From Catajapyx aquilonaris (Eukaryota): DNA of 34,107 bases. The stretch is from positions 1 to 34,107 of the forward strand of contig KZ539083.1 in assembly GCA_000934665.2 (NCBI GenBank). Direction: 5' to 3'. Made by a program: the position numbers and the translations under genes. Position 1 is the stretch's first letter, and every line of letters begins with the position of its first letter. The notes under the pieces are model-generated. The model was not told the DNA's origin, did no database searches, and was given only the letters and a program-made list of their open reading frames with translations. This document shows positions 9,001-31,600 of the stretch, in pieces.

Positions 9001-10365
9001 GCGTGACGATGGCGTCAGATCCTCGTTTTTTCCAACCGCACCGTTACTTCATGATCCTGTCAGCAAAAGTTAAAACATGATGCTACTAAAATTTCCATTA
9101 CATTCATAACTCAACGACTGTGATGTGTGCAGCTGTGAGTCAAAAGCACATGCCACATGTTCTAACTTCTGATAATGCCGTTTGAGTTGGAAGGTCCCAA
9201 AGCAACTAAGGTTATCTGGCTATTAGAAGATATAGAGATGGGGGAGAGATATCGCCATAATAGCCAAAAGCAGAACATATGAGCAGATCCACTTCATAAC
9301 AGGTGCACAAATTGATTATTCCATGAACAATCGGTTCATCTTTGCTTGCACTGTGATTTTTTAGCCCAAAAAATTGGTTTGGAAACTGGCCATCTTTTGG
9401 CTACAGTAGAACCCTGATTATCCGTCACCCACGGGACTGGGGCATGGTCGCTTATCATGAAAGGTCGGATAAGCTGAAGAGCAAAGGGAAATTTAATGAA
9501 ACACAACAAAAAACATTTAAAATATGAAATAACGTACAATATCATGGTTTTCTAATAGTTACAAAGTATTTATCTTTTACGCTCTCTACTGTTTAAAATT
9601 TAACTAAGGAGATACAAAACAAATGCTCAGAAGGCCTACATTACAGTATTTGAAGAGAAACCACTGATTTATGGCTGGAGCGGGACGGTCGGATAATCGG
9701 TACGTTCTACTGCCATTACTGGTTATGTAAAGCATTTTGAATATGCACAATGTTAGACAGTCCAACTGCCCTCTGAAATGGCTATACTCACATCCTGATA
9801 CTGTAACACCCCGCAACCTGAGCTCTGCCATTGTCACATTACTAATTACAGTGTATGATTACACACATTCAATTCCAAGCAACCAGGGCGCTGTCACCCA
9901 CCCCCGCATAAAAATGACCCCATCATTCCATGTTCCAATTTTAGCAAACCAGCATCTTATCCGGTAAATGCAACCACAAAAAGCTACGTTCATACTCACC
10001 ACATGATAAAAGGCCTCAAACAAGGCCAGGTTTCCTCGTGCCACCTGCAAGATTAGAACCCTCAAATTAGAACCAATCCCATTTTTTTAAAAAAAACCGG
10101 GCCTATCCTCCCTCCCGCAAAAAAGTGTTCCACGAATTGATTAGTATGCTGCCGGAAACCACTAAAAATTACAACCACCTCCCCCTCTTTTCCCCGCCCC
10201 TTCGCCCACTTTAAGAACCCTGCCCATCTCTAGTCCCAGTCTGCACTGCATCACTTGGTGGTTCTAAAGTGTTGTAACCGGGGGTCTCTGCACTCTTTGT
10301 AAGGTTTGTTCTTGTTCTATCCTCGGCTGCAGTTTTACCTGAGTGGGCGACGGCAAGGAAGCCAT
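1..10365 (-). CDS. Eps15: Epidermal growth factor receptor substrate 15-like (Eps15/Eps15L1) endocytic adaptor, 3'-partial, spliced
   Basis: Exons (minus): 10339-10365, 10000-10044, 7387-7476, 7169-7312, 6737-7012, 6198-6583, 5376-5541, 845-994, 677-766, <1-53. All introns are GT-AG with consistent phases. Three EH domains ([65 protein letters not shown]) are followed by a coiled coil, the canonical Eps15 architecture. Confidence 0.95.
677..766 (-). CDS. Eps15: Eps15 exon 9 (SEFDTLAATLRQLENQKGEAQKRLNDLDTQ)
   Basis: ttccag| ... |gtaaag, 90 nt, typical Eps15 coiled-coil motif. Confidence 0.92.
845..994 (-). CDS. Eps15: Eps15 exon 8 (coiled coil)
   Basis: ttccag| DVNAAYSNPELELIGKEIQEL...EIKSLQ |gttaga, 150 nt. 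Confidence 0.92.
1261..2613 (-). CDS. Uncharacterised 450-aa charged protein, single coding exon, nested in Eps15 intron 7
   Basis: 1353-nt uninterrupted ATG..TAG ORF in AT-rich intron context, far longer than any spurious ORF in the window. It has K/R/E-rich helical segments (KDERRERRMQRRKDDQERDK; KMKAEREEKARKRAEEEDLRKRR). No family recognised. Confidence 0.75.
   Translation of the reverse strand: MFCKIRPKPVKVPGGTHRIIPLVSAFPQLDHSHWHFHSPWRQYEERHAQLMTWPKKKPTKIVPKQAPMQVQGNALRTIADENPWMNFGTTEKVNFEGWMTPGEVRYQPLEPRSQWQKSRDRTRYKYETICDIVQQKDERRERRMQRRKDDQERDKHLAALMHDEIDFAKRFDSMTHPFFRETFQKERFDNYAKANDIESPKRKKTLFKYALKRARKLRPIVHVPESDRIDLHDKVLPPVRNKILFIDWSNSKPFRDDPEQVEEHRKMKAEREEKARKRAEEEDLRKRRVSYVNALPSSMKAPSLDDDAMEGFILEGIIDNNSSSPSRKVESKGYFQKWLKKGVARASDKSQIGLAKTDSLTSEVPKEATKEAWISQQSQMEIDRKDLQMEMDRNDSQIVVVKKVSVVVAVVVNKEDSQTHSGPDAEGRISYWGTPAGVASKESSGQGHQG
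1421..1485. repeat. 27-nt tandem repeat (about 2.3 copies) inside the 450-aa ORF
   Basis: 1421-1447 versus 1448-1474 match at 24/27, encoding QMEIDRKDL/QMEMDRNDS. Confidence 0.8.
3435..3733 (+). CDS. FAM187A: FAM187A-like exon 1 (signal peptide)
   Basis: aaaaATG start; AT|gtaatt donor removes the in-frame TAA. Confidence 0.8.
3435..5349 (+). CDS. FAM187A: FAM187A-like Ig-like V-type domain membrane protein, 453 aa, nested antisense in Eps15 intron 7
   Basis: Exons 3435-3733, 3892-4465, 4600-4781, 4846-4980, 5178-5349 are GT-AG, phase-consistent and total 1362 nt. Domains in order: signal peptide (MPLSFPLLLLFAMPLALWA), Ig (LVC...ISW...NSGQYSC), TSP1-like TTGWGTWSNCSRCGAVGRKVRFGYC, VPC...EILVAFCKVRC, second Ig (VTLIC...MW...RIYVD...DSGVYRC), C-terminal TM helix. 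Motif order matches vertebrate FAM187A as I recall it (W..CDRCG..G...R.G.C; PEVLVRSCLVPC). Confidence 0.85.
3892..4465 (+). CDS. FAM187A: FAM187A-like exon 2 (Ig1 and TSP1-like motif)
   Basis: ccttttcag| ... AAG|gtgagt. Confidence 0.9.
4600..4781 (+). CDS. FAM187A: FAM187A-like exon 3
   Basis: catttag|VRCPKSEIF...VTLICQG|gtacgt. Confidence 0.87.
4846..4980 (+). CDS. FAM187A: FAM187A-like exon 4 (Ig2 core)
   Basis: tttaaag| GRLGPNTKMWKVG...RIYVDFLGYLHFNPISMLDSGVY |gtaggc. The acceptor is weak but the frame fits. Confidence 0.82.
5178..5349 (+). CDS. FAM187A: FAM187A-like exon 5 (end of Ig2, TM helix, short basic tail)
   Basis: attacag| CFKGKQLLSTVYLSV...VIVDTLLTILAVYVIFKLLVEIARQLSKVKPK*. 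Confidence 0.87.
5345..5350 (+). terminator. Candidate polyadenylation signal AATAAA overlapping the FAM187A-like stop codon
   Basis: CCA AAA TAA A contains AATAAA. Confidence 0.45.
5376..5541 (-). CDS. Eps15: Eps15 exon 7 (end of EH3)
   Basis: tttcag|G completes the Trp codon; NLCDMKQTGKLTSEQFALSMWMI...; ends at |gtgagt. Confidence 0.95.
5724..6084. mobile_element. Degenerate mariner-like MITE in Eps15 intron 6
   Basis: Left TACAGGGTGATCCAAATAAATG versus reverse complement of the right end TGTAGAGTGTTCCAATTGAAATG. TA-CAGGGTG termini are typical of Tc1/mariner. Confidence 0.5.
6198..6583 (-). CDS. Eps15: Eps15 exon 6 (end of EH2, Pro/Gln linker, start of EH3)
   Basis: tttcag| ... TG|gttggt, 386 nt, lies inside ORF 6167..6622. 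Confidence 0.95.
6737..7012 (-). CDS. Eps15: Eps15 exon 5 (EH2)
   Basis: ttgcag| ... |gtgagc, 276 nt, lies inside ORF 6695..7057. Confidence 0.95.
7169..7312 (-). CDS. Eps15: Eps15 exon 4 ([29 protein letters not shown]...PPPQM)
   Basis: ttctag| ... |gtaagc, 144 nt, C-terminal half of EH1. Confidence 0.95.
7387..7476 (-). CDS. Eps15: Eps15 exon 3 ([30 protein letters not shown])
   Basis: ccacag| ... |gtgagt, 90 nt, EH1. Confidence 0.95.
8908..9046. repeat. Inverted repeat, possibly a short MITE relic
   Basis: AAACGACGATCTGACGTCATC (8924-8944) matches the reverse complement of 9008-9028 at 19/21. Looser flanking symmetry begins TA-CAGT. Confidence 0.55.
9404..9712. mobile_element. pogo/Tigger-like (Tc1/mariner superfamily) MITE relic in Eps15 intron 2
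   Basis: Left end TA|CAGTAGAACCCTGATTATCCG; reverse complement of the right end CAGTAGAACGTACCGATTATCCG. There is an internal GGTCGGATAA subterminal copy near 9463 and an AT-rich non-coding core. The right TA target duplication is not preserved. Confidence 0.7.
10000..10044 (-). CDS. Eps15: Eps15 exon 2 (VARGNLALFEAFYHV)
   Basis: ttgcag| ... |gtgagt, 45 nt, start of EH1. Confidence 0.9.
10339..10365 (-). CDS. Eps15: Eps15 coding exon 1 (MASLPSPTQ)
   Basis: aaagATGGCT...CAG|gtaaaa, 27 nt, phase 0, joins the next exon in frame. Confidence 0.85.
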
Positions 10366-10384
10366 CTTTGAGACTGGGAAATTT

Positions 10385-10490
10385 TAGAAGGGGGGAGAGG
10401 GAGGGAGGGAGGGATAGGGGGGAAAAAAAGGAGGGGGGAGGGGGGGACGTCGCTTCATGATTGGTCGGATGGCTCGCGGCCAATCAGAGG
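10385..10490 (-). promoter_or_regulatory. Putative Eps15 promoter/5' leader: pyrimidine tract, GACGTC and an inverted pair of CCAAT boxes
   Basis: Lies directly upstream of the ATG at 10365. TGATTGGTCG (10458-10467) and CGGCCAATCA (10477-10486) form a 9/10 inverted repeat. The region is locally GC/CpG-rich. Confidence 0.55.
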
Positions 10491-12033
10491 AGGGATCGAT
10501 CTTACCGGAACGGTGGGTGCGTTCGGAAATCATGGCGTGTGTGGGGCCAGGCTGTAGCACCCTTGGAAGGGAAGGGAGGGAAATATGAAAATGCATCATT
10601 AAGTAGAGTTAGAACGCGGCCAGGTGTTATTCATTGCTTTAATTATATGACACCATGTATGACACACAGGAATTTTTCTAAATAAAATGATGGCGGAATT
10701 TTGCCAATTAGTCATTCGATTACTGCACTGTTGTTAAAACCTGGTTAAAACAGCCAATTTTTGGGACCCTAGGCAGCCTATTATTGCATAGTGCAAAAAT
10801 TGTGGAAATTATTGTTTGTAATTAATCAATATTTTTCTTCTAATTGGTGCTACAGTGACCAGATCTATGGCCTGTCTATGGTGGGGAATGCAAAAACCAA
10901 CAGGTAGCCCTACATGACAAAATGATATCAAATATTATACGAAGCAACTAGTGGAGTGGCAGCAATTCTATAAGTATAAGTATTGTAAGATCTGCTGAGA
11001 TATAAACATGGGATTTATGAGTGTTTTCGGCAGGTTTCACGTGATAAAACCAGGTTTTTTCCCCCTGGAGAATCCATGTAGGGATTTTGCAAAAAAAAAC
11101 CTGGATTTATTATATACCTAGCTCGGTGAAACGGACTTCATGAGGTCCTCTAAAACCAGGAAGACAGTTACACTACACGTTTTTTTTAAAGCTTTACTGC
11201 TCATGTAGGGTCATCAATAGTTTGCTAAAATTATTAGGACTGCCAGTTATTTTAGTTTGAAGGGTGGGAGTCGGGTTTAAGAAGTGTAGTGCCAATGTGG
11301 CATTACAGTGACACTCTTGGCATGTAAAACTGCAGTCTTTCCTTTCATTTTATGGCTCAAAAAAATTCGCGTTTCTTGCAGGTAAAACATTGAGAAAAGC
11401 TTGCTCTCTAGCAGGTGACCCCACCTTATATACCAGCATGCTAGATGTAGTCACCAGAGTAATGTTTTCCATAATATGGTCAACTTCATTTTTATCGGCA
11501 TGCTACACAATGTGGGACACGCTTTTGAAATATCCCCCAATGCCTTTGTAAAATAAATAGTAGGATTAATGCAATTGACACAACACTACACTGCTTTGAA
11601 ATGCCCCTCATGTAAAACCTTAGTCTCCTGATCCAGGAGTGCACAGGCAGATTCCACTTCCTTGTCAAATGTGCTGGCTAGACCAACAAATCAATTCGAA
11701 AGAAGAGAGAGTCACTTTTTACATGAAAAATTTCTGAAATGAAAGCTGCAAGAATTGCATGATGTGTTTATTCTTTGCACAATTTGCACTACCTGCATAC
11801 CTCTTGCTCTATAGGTCCAGCAATTTCCTCACAGCCGGGAGAAACAAACTTCATACCTGTACGCAACAAAAATAATGAAAGGGAGAAGAAGCATGGTCCA
11901 TGGTAGTTATCTACTTCCAATAAATAACCTCTTTAGCACAAGATAAACTTTTATTTTATCACTTCATCTTGAGGAAGAAATAATAGGAAATAACTGACAA
12001 GTACCAGATGGGGGCGAGGGGGGGGGGGGGGGG

Positions 12034-12044
12034 NNNNNNNNNNN
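12034..12044. other. Assembly gap (11 N) inside a poly-G tract
   Basis: N run flanked by G homopolymers. Confidence 0.95.
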
Positions 12045-13763
12045 GGGGGGGGGGGTTTGTGGCTTTCATGGACACAAAAAATCCACGTTTCAGCCACACT
12101 TGCATACAAAGAAACAAATGCTTAAAGGTACACACTGGGAGAACAAAAGTTTCAGTGGGTTGGGAGGGCAGGGCCTCAAGCATAGCTCGGAGGACTTTTC
12201 GGGGAGTTGGTGGGTCGTAAATGATAAGAAAGCAGTGGAATCTGGAAGCAGGGAGGGGATCACTACACAGATGGAATCATAGTTCACTACTGGTACTGTA
12301 AAAGTGGGGGCAGCACCACATTGATAAATATGCAGGCTTTTCTCGATTTAAATATTTAATCTTCCAATATGGATGGAATCTATTGAGGTTGTGATGTGGA
12401 ACTCTAAGCGCAGATTTACAAATGAAAAGAAATCGTAGTAGATACAAGGGATGAAATCACTGATATGAAGATGAGCTTACAATACCAGTAGCTTCCCACA
12501 AAACAAAAATACTGCTTTGATATTCTCTTCCTGAGGGGGAAGGAGGTTTATAAGGCCATGCATGTATCCTTACGGAAAAATTCTAAGCCCTAATTCTTCA
12601 ACGTAATAACCTTGAGATGCAAAAACAAATAGGGACACGTCACGTTTGTACAAATAAAGAGTCCAAAAAAAAGAAAAAAAACGGAACGTAAAGAACACCA
12701 ATGTTGGTCAGGAGATCAATCATAATCAGTTAACATTTTTTTCCCATTTCTTTCGCTTGTCAAATTAAACAGGAACAGCAAGTGTCAAAAAACACTAAAC
12801 AAATTCAACACTTTTGATTCTCACAAATACTGCACAAATAACAGCGTCAAACAGAACTAATGGAAGACGCGATCAGAAAACACAATAATCATAATTTAAA
12901 AAATCAGTTCGCCTTCCATTGACACTGACTTCTTTCTTTTTTTTCTTCTGTTCCTGTCTCTTACAAACAACACATTTTACGATAATTAATTTATGTGCAA
13001 AAAATCTTTCTCACTACCAAATCACACTGAAACAAGAGAGAAAAACGATGGCAACCAACAGGTCAACCTAAAAAAAAAAAGAGCCAAAGAAAAATAATAA
13101 ACTACAACTCAATGAAATAATGGAGAAACACAATTGGTCAAAGAATATAGATATTGTCCAGTCTTAGCTCATTCTGAGATGTGAAACTTTTTTTTTTTCT
13201 TACCAGAAAGAACAACTCCACTCTACAGCAAAAAACTACACGACATGCAGGCTATGGTTCCAGATGACCTATTCTAGAACTTGGCTACCAATTTTTTTTT
13301 TTTCCAGTATCTACAACACATGCTCGTAGCTCATTGAAACTGACTTTTTTTTTCTCGATTTTTATCAAAGAGAGCTACGCACAGAAAAATTGTTCCAAAG
13401 CATACAGCAATTTTCCTCGCTACCATATTTTTTGTTGTGCACATTTTAGCCGAAGATTCCACAATACATAACTATAGAAAATGAAAATGGACGCAAAAAG
13501 GTCGGGAAAAGGGAGGGGGAGCTAACATTATTATTATTATTATTTATTACAGTATTATTTAGACCCACGACTTGTCTTCCGTGACACGATCCTTTGTCTT
13601 TTACTAGTGCTAATAAAAAATGCAATGATAATGCTCAAGATGGGACAGTGGCATCATGTGGCTCTCAAATTTGAAAAAATCAGAAAGCCACATGATTCTC
13701 TCGGTATTTTTTTTACACACACATGTATACACATACCTCTGCGTGTAAAAAAAAAATCGAAAG

Positions 13764-13788
13764 ATACATACATACATACATACATACA
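13764..13788. repeat. (ATAC)6 microsatellite
   Basis: Direct reading. Confidence 0.9.
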
Positions 13789-14628
13789 AATACCTAATGG
13801 CAATAGTGTATAAGGCTTGGATGCTCAGTTATTCACCTGACTGTTAGGAATCAGAATCTAAGGAGGCATCATGGAACAGAGGTAGATGATACGCTTGCAT
13901 GTTAACTAGGTATTTGCGAAGGCTCTATGGCGGTTATTCTCCCTCTAACATTGCAATTGTGGGTGTTTTTTAAACAGAGTGTAAACGAGCTGTTCCCTTG
14001 GCAGTCACCTATTAACAACTGCTTTTTTCAGGTAGACCCCTGCTACGTTTGACGGCTGTGAACCAGTCGACGTGAAAGTAACGTAGGGTACCCAACAAAT
14101 AAATATGTCAATCACGGTGGCCAGAAAGCAGTTCCTTTACACCCTGCATGTGTTTTGTACTGATTGACTGGTAGAAAGCTGAAGTGTTTTGGCTCCTGCT
14201 GCTGAATTATTATTAGTATAATGTATGTATTATTTTTTTCACCATTTTCTCATTTCACTATTTTTTTTACATTTCTAGCCACTGAAACCATGTAGCTCCA
14301 TATAAATTAATATGACAATATAAAACATTACCTTCCATTTACAAACAACAATCTTTGGTGTAAAGCACATGGAGGCCCCGCATTTTGGGGCAGGTCCAAA
14401 AAATAAAAATAAAATGGGGGCGGACACAGAAAAAAAAAAATTTGCCAGTTGCATAACTCTTCCATTGTGATTGCATAATTGGGAGGAAGGGGGTCAATAT
14501 TTCGAGGGGAGGTCGCATCTCACTCAAGGTGTCCGTGTTTTGTCTCTCTCTCTCTCCCCACATACCCGCCTCCCAAAAAAGTCAGTCATCACTAAAATTG
14601 TTGAACTATGTTGGGAGCATGAGAAGTG

Positions 14629-26554
<11,926 letters not shown>

Positions 26555-28422
26555 TCAACTCGCATGCATAATCGACACGCTGATTACCGGAGGGGTTGTT
26601 CCTCCTAATCCGACTCGCTTGTACACCTCACGTAATAGCTCGAGAGAAAGGCAAGATATATCTTGCCTTCCTCTCGAGCTATTACATGAGGTGTATATAT
26701 CACGGGGAGCAATAACCTAGCAGAATTTCGGAGTCAATGGGTGAGTAACAGTTAGATGAATGAGCCGTGGCTCTTGATTTAGACATTCCAGGAGAAAGCG
26801 CGCTTTTTTAAATTCCCGGATGACTACACAGCAACACCATATATACGAGACTCACAACTCTCCAAGGTAGTTTGAACCACTGATGTGGCCCACCCTAATT
26901 TAATTAGTAACTGGACCAAACTACCCCCCACCACCTCCAGTCCCCCCCTCCCACCCCACAAAACCTTGCCGCCACTCCGGGGGTTGCCATGGCGAGTGGG
27001 GGGGAAATCTCGCGGGGGAATCCGGATGGGGGAGACTTGTGTCCACCACGTCATTCACCGGATTCTCTCCGTTGCATCAACCCCAGATTCTCCGGCCACT
27101 CTTTTTTTTATTATAAATATATGAGTATTTATGAGTGTGGGTGGTGCACTGTATGTGTTTCATGTCATGAATTGACACCCGGAGGCTTTGCTGCTGGGGT
27201 TGGAGGAAAAATAATGCTGCAGCAGCAACCAGTGCTATCGTTAGGATCTGGATGTTATTTTTGTAAAAGCGACATGTTTGTACGTCCATGGGAAGAAACC
27301 AGGTGCTGTTGGGGGAAGCAGCTCGTATAGGGAGTTGGTTTTTTTTTTTGACGAAATGATTTACTCCTGCTTTTCATAAGTAGCAATGCGATTAGCATCA
27401 GCTTCTTTTTAGAGCTAGTGGGAGTTTGAATTGGATGGGATGGGAAACCTAGGCAACTAAGGCCTTGAAGCACGAAATTATGCCCCATTTGTAAAGAGAG
27501 GCTCAAGGAATTCAGTAAATATAGGGAAAACCAATGCAAAAAGACATGTGGGCATAAGAGATAACCTCTCTAAACTCTTCCCAAACGAGAGAAAATGCTC
27601 ATACCCGGCTCTCTTTGCTTCAGATATCAGACTTTCTGAAGTAACAGTAATATGTTTTCGGGGGCAACGTACTAGATCACTTTCACAACATTCATGTAAC
27701 TAGACATTATTTTGTTTCTTGACAAGAAATTTTTTTACGCCATCGAGTTCGTGTCCCTATATGTTGACAATGCTGCACTTAGCAACCAAAAGTGGACTGG
27801 ATCCAGTTTCGTAGATGACCCCCCCAGCAGTACATGTCCACAAATGGTAGCCATGGCAGCCATGTCTGAAGCAGAATGCAAGTATAGGAAATGTTCTCCG
27901 ATTAATCAAAAAAGCTTCCATTCTCATTGGACATGGCATACTGATTCTATTCTTTCCCTGTTTAATCAGTGGCTTATCAGAAGGGCGAATCACTCACTCT
28001 CCCTCCTGTTTCTACAAAATCGCTGCCATACCCGATTCCTGACAACACCACTAGTGGACGTGCCCCCAGCTTGATTGACACAAATTTAGGGAGGCCCATT
28101 CCGCCCCACAAAATCACTACTACGGGTCGATCCTGCAAAATTTTCGGTCCTTTGTTGCCTGAATCATCACTCTTGTCCAGCGGGTATGTGCTGTATATGG
28201 AGTGGTGGTTTTTGGAATAGGAGGGGGGGGGGGGGGCAGNGGGGGCTAGCTGATTTGCTTGGCCAGAAGGGGAAAGAGCACTTCGTCTGCCTCCCCCGAA
28301 AGGGATGTTGAGGTAGATGGAAAATGGAGTGAGTCAACCCTAGGATGGATGCAGGGAATCCCATCCCAACTAGCCACACACGTCTCTCTCTCCCCACCCC
28401 CTACACTCCACTTGCCAATATA

Positions 28423-28442
28423 TGCATGCATGCATGCATGCA
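28423..28442. repeat. (TGCA)5 palindromic microsatellite
   Basis: Direct reading. Confidence 0.85.
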
Positions 28443-28622
28443 GGCCGAGTGTGTGAGTGCAACGTTGCTGATTGGACAGAGGGACCAAGCCTCGGACCAT
28501 TGAATTCATTACCGGACCAAAAAGGGAGCTGACTGGTGGTGGTGGGAGGGAAGATGGGGATAAATGTTATCGCAAGTGACGTAAGCTGCCAGTCCCACTA
28601 GCAACGGAGTATCTGCAACAAT

Positions 28623-28640
28623 CACACACACACACACACA
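28623..28640. repeat. (CA)9 microsatellite
   Basis: Direct reading. Confidence 0.9.
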
Positions 28641-31600
28641 TACACCCACCCACCACGCTCCAGACTGCTGGTTTGCACTTCCGATGGAAGCCAGGTCGCA
28701 TTAATCCCAGTGGATTAACTGCGCCACTCACTCTGGGTTGTGGGATGGGGGAGGGTATGGTATAGGGGGGGAGAGGGGAAAAAAATGCTGACTTTTAGCT
28801 TGCCAACCGGGGTTTCGGGGTCCAGTGGCTAGAAAGCCTGCTAAACATGATGTGCTGCAAAGCTATAGGACCAACAAAATTTCTGGGAGGGGGCGGAAAA
28901 TATGAGCACTCCAGAGAGTCTGCAGAATGTGGGAATGCGTGGGATCGAACTGATGTTACTTGTCATACTGTATGTGCTTGTTGATGAGCGACCAACCGGA
29001 CACTATAAAGGGTTTCAAACATTAAAAAAAGCAATTTTATACTTGTACCATTCTTCAAAATTACGTCGATGAAAAAATCTCCTCGATTTATGTGCATAGC
29101 ATTTTCCTGGCTTATCTGGTGTCCCAAGTGGAGATAAGGCTCTTTGCATTCAATTCATTCAAAATGGACATTTTTACAGCATGTGTGATTAACACACTAT
29201 ATACAACTTGCCAGTTTGTTGGGCTTGCAGGGGAAAGGCAAACACGGAGGGCTGTCATGTCAGAGGCATACAGTACCATGCACTTCATAGTTTGACGTCT
29301 CCCTGGGTTCACTGGCCTGGGCTCAATCCTTATTTCGTTCGCGTCATTTAGCCTACACACTATACAGTATAACACGTGCATAAAAGGATGCCTGCTGGAT
29401 GCTGTGTATAGCATGGGAAGATATATTCCCATGCTTGATGCTGAGGGGCATTAAGACATGAATCTCATAATAATGATTGCCATCCCGCAAAAATGAGGGT
29501 CAGGTCTGTATATCAAGCAAGAATACGACTATACCACATTACAGGCAGTGTACAGCATATGACAGGAAGCAGCTTAAAAACCAGGTTTTTTTTCCTGTCA
29601 GCGGCAGGTCAAAGGTCAAGAAAGGACATAACCAATTGAGTGTCCTGGATAATAAAAAAATTATTGCTAATGACACTGCATTCGTTTCAATCCCACTCTG
29701 CTTCTGTCGGTCCGATTTGGTCCCCTTCACGCCCACATGTATGATATACGCATCCTCCAATGTACGTGGGAACCGCCCACCAAAGGAAAAAAAAAATAGG
29801 AGGAGTTATAGGACATACTCAAATCATTCGTCATTAGCGTGGAGAATGCTGATCTGATATTAATTTCTAAAAATTCCTGCTTCCAGTTGCAGCTCTCGAA
29901 TAACTGGAATAGGCAGAGGTGTTAACTATTTTTTATTGTACATCCGCCATCACATATCTGTCTAATACTAATAGATACCTTATCAAAACGTAATATTATT
30001 TCGAGCGGATTAAACGAAAATTATTTTGTAAAGGAGCGACTCGGCTGCAAGATCGTGCTGTACATAAGAGAGCCAACATTAATTTTTTTTTACATGACAA
30101 TGAGGGATGAGAGATGCGTATATGTCTCTCTTAATCCTGCGATATACACACACAAAAACCGTGGCGCATAAAAAAAAGGACGGGTGTCCATTAGGTCCAA
30201 TTGAACTTTTGTGTCGACACATTTACGGCCCAGGATATGGGCAATTTGCACTCTTTAGTGCTTGAGGAAACACTTGGGTCTTTGTAAAAATATCAAAGTC
30301 TCCACGTTAATTGCGCCTTGTTTACATCTCGACTCTCAAACGGGTGCAAGTCTTAGCTGAGAGATGAAATGAACCTGCAGTGTACTACATGCACTTCTTG
30401 GGAGCAGTAGAGCCTCAAGTATATATGACGTTGATGCCACGACACTGCGAGATGGTTGTCGTCATCCATATACAATTAAGGACTTGTTGCCTTCAATGCT
30501 ATATACAAATCGCTGCTCCTAGCAGTGACAATACCGCAATTTCCTCCAGTGACGTCACACTCGATGCAACTTTTACGAAGCTGCATCGGACAGTTTACAG
30601 GGGAATTTGGCATGTGCCATTCATTTCTTTTACAGGGGCTGTACCTGGCTATCAGATGCATCGATTTTAAACTGATTACTCGAGACAAACAAACGTCCAT
30701 TTGCATTATTGACCAACCCGCTTTAGTGCATAGGGGGGATGGGGAGGAAAATCCCTTTGAACCATGCGAGGGAGACCCGAAGGAAAAGTTTTTTTTCCTG
30801 CTCAAAACATCGATACGTAGCCGTGGCGGTGGGGGTCGACGCTGTCAGGTGAAAATTTTATAGCCGCCCGACGCCCATGGTGATATGAATAATTTGGTTT
30901 GTAAGGCCCATGCGCAAAAGTTTGAGTGACTGGGAAAAACCTCGAGCGAGGTTGAATGTCCTCCCCAACTGTGCACAAACACAATCAATCCCAGCCAGCT
31001 CCGGCTCTATGTGATGGGAGGAGAGGAGGGCCTATATGGCCGATCGCCTTGTCTCAAAAATTAAAATGCCACCCCCTCGGGCTAAAATGCGCAACGCTAA
31101 CAAATTCGGCCATCGACCCGTCAAAAGTAATGCCATAAAGCAATGTAAGCGGCCGTCCGGATCCTCCATCGTGTGCGATTCATTACCGTCCATCCAATTC
31201 CACGCCATCACCATCAAAAGTCATTGGCAATCAGCAGTCATGTTATCAGCGAAAGGAAATGGCGTTTCGCGTTATTCTCGCATTAATTAAAAATTGCGGA
31301 ACAAAAGCGGTAATTTTACAAGCTCTCCGGCTCGGAATAAAGCAAGTAATGAAAATGGGGGTAGGGGGTGGAAGGGGGCCTTATTCCCCCTCGTTGCAAG
31401 TGTCAAGTACTGTATAAATCCCAGGCTGCAGTATACTATCAAAGAGTCACAGTCCCTCATAATTTCACCCAGTCCAAAACCCTCCCAAAAAATCATAACT
31501 TTTGAGGAGACCATATTCCCAGCAACAACAGACACACAGCTTCTCAATAAACCAGGCAAAAATCAGGCCATCTGCTGAATTAGTAGCAAAAATAAACCTG

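Noticed and set aside
11050..11104. CCAGGTTTTTT...AAAAAACCTGG inverted repeat
   Set aside because: Mostly homopolymer pairing; plausible by chance.
11120..11170. Hammerhead-ribozyme-like fragments (GAAAC...TCATGAGGTCC)
   Set aside because: Lacks an intact CUGANGA core and the correct core/stem order.
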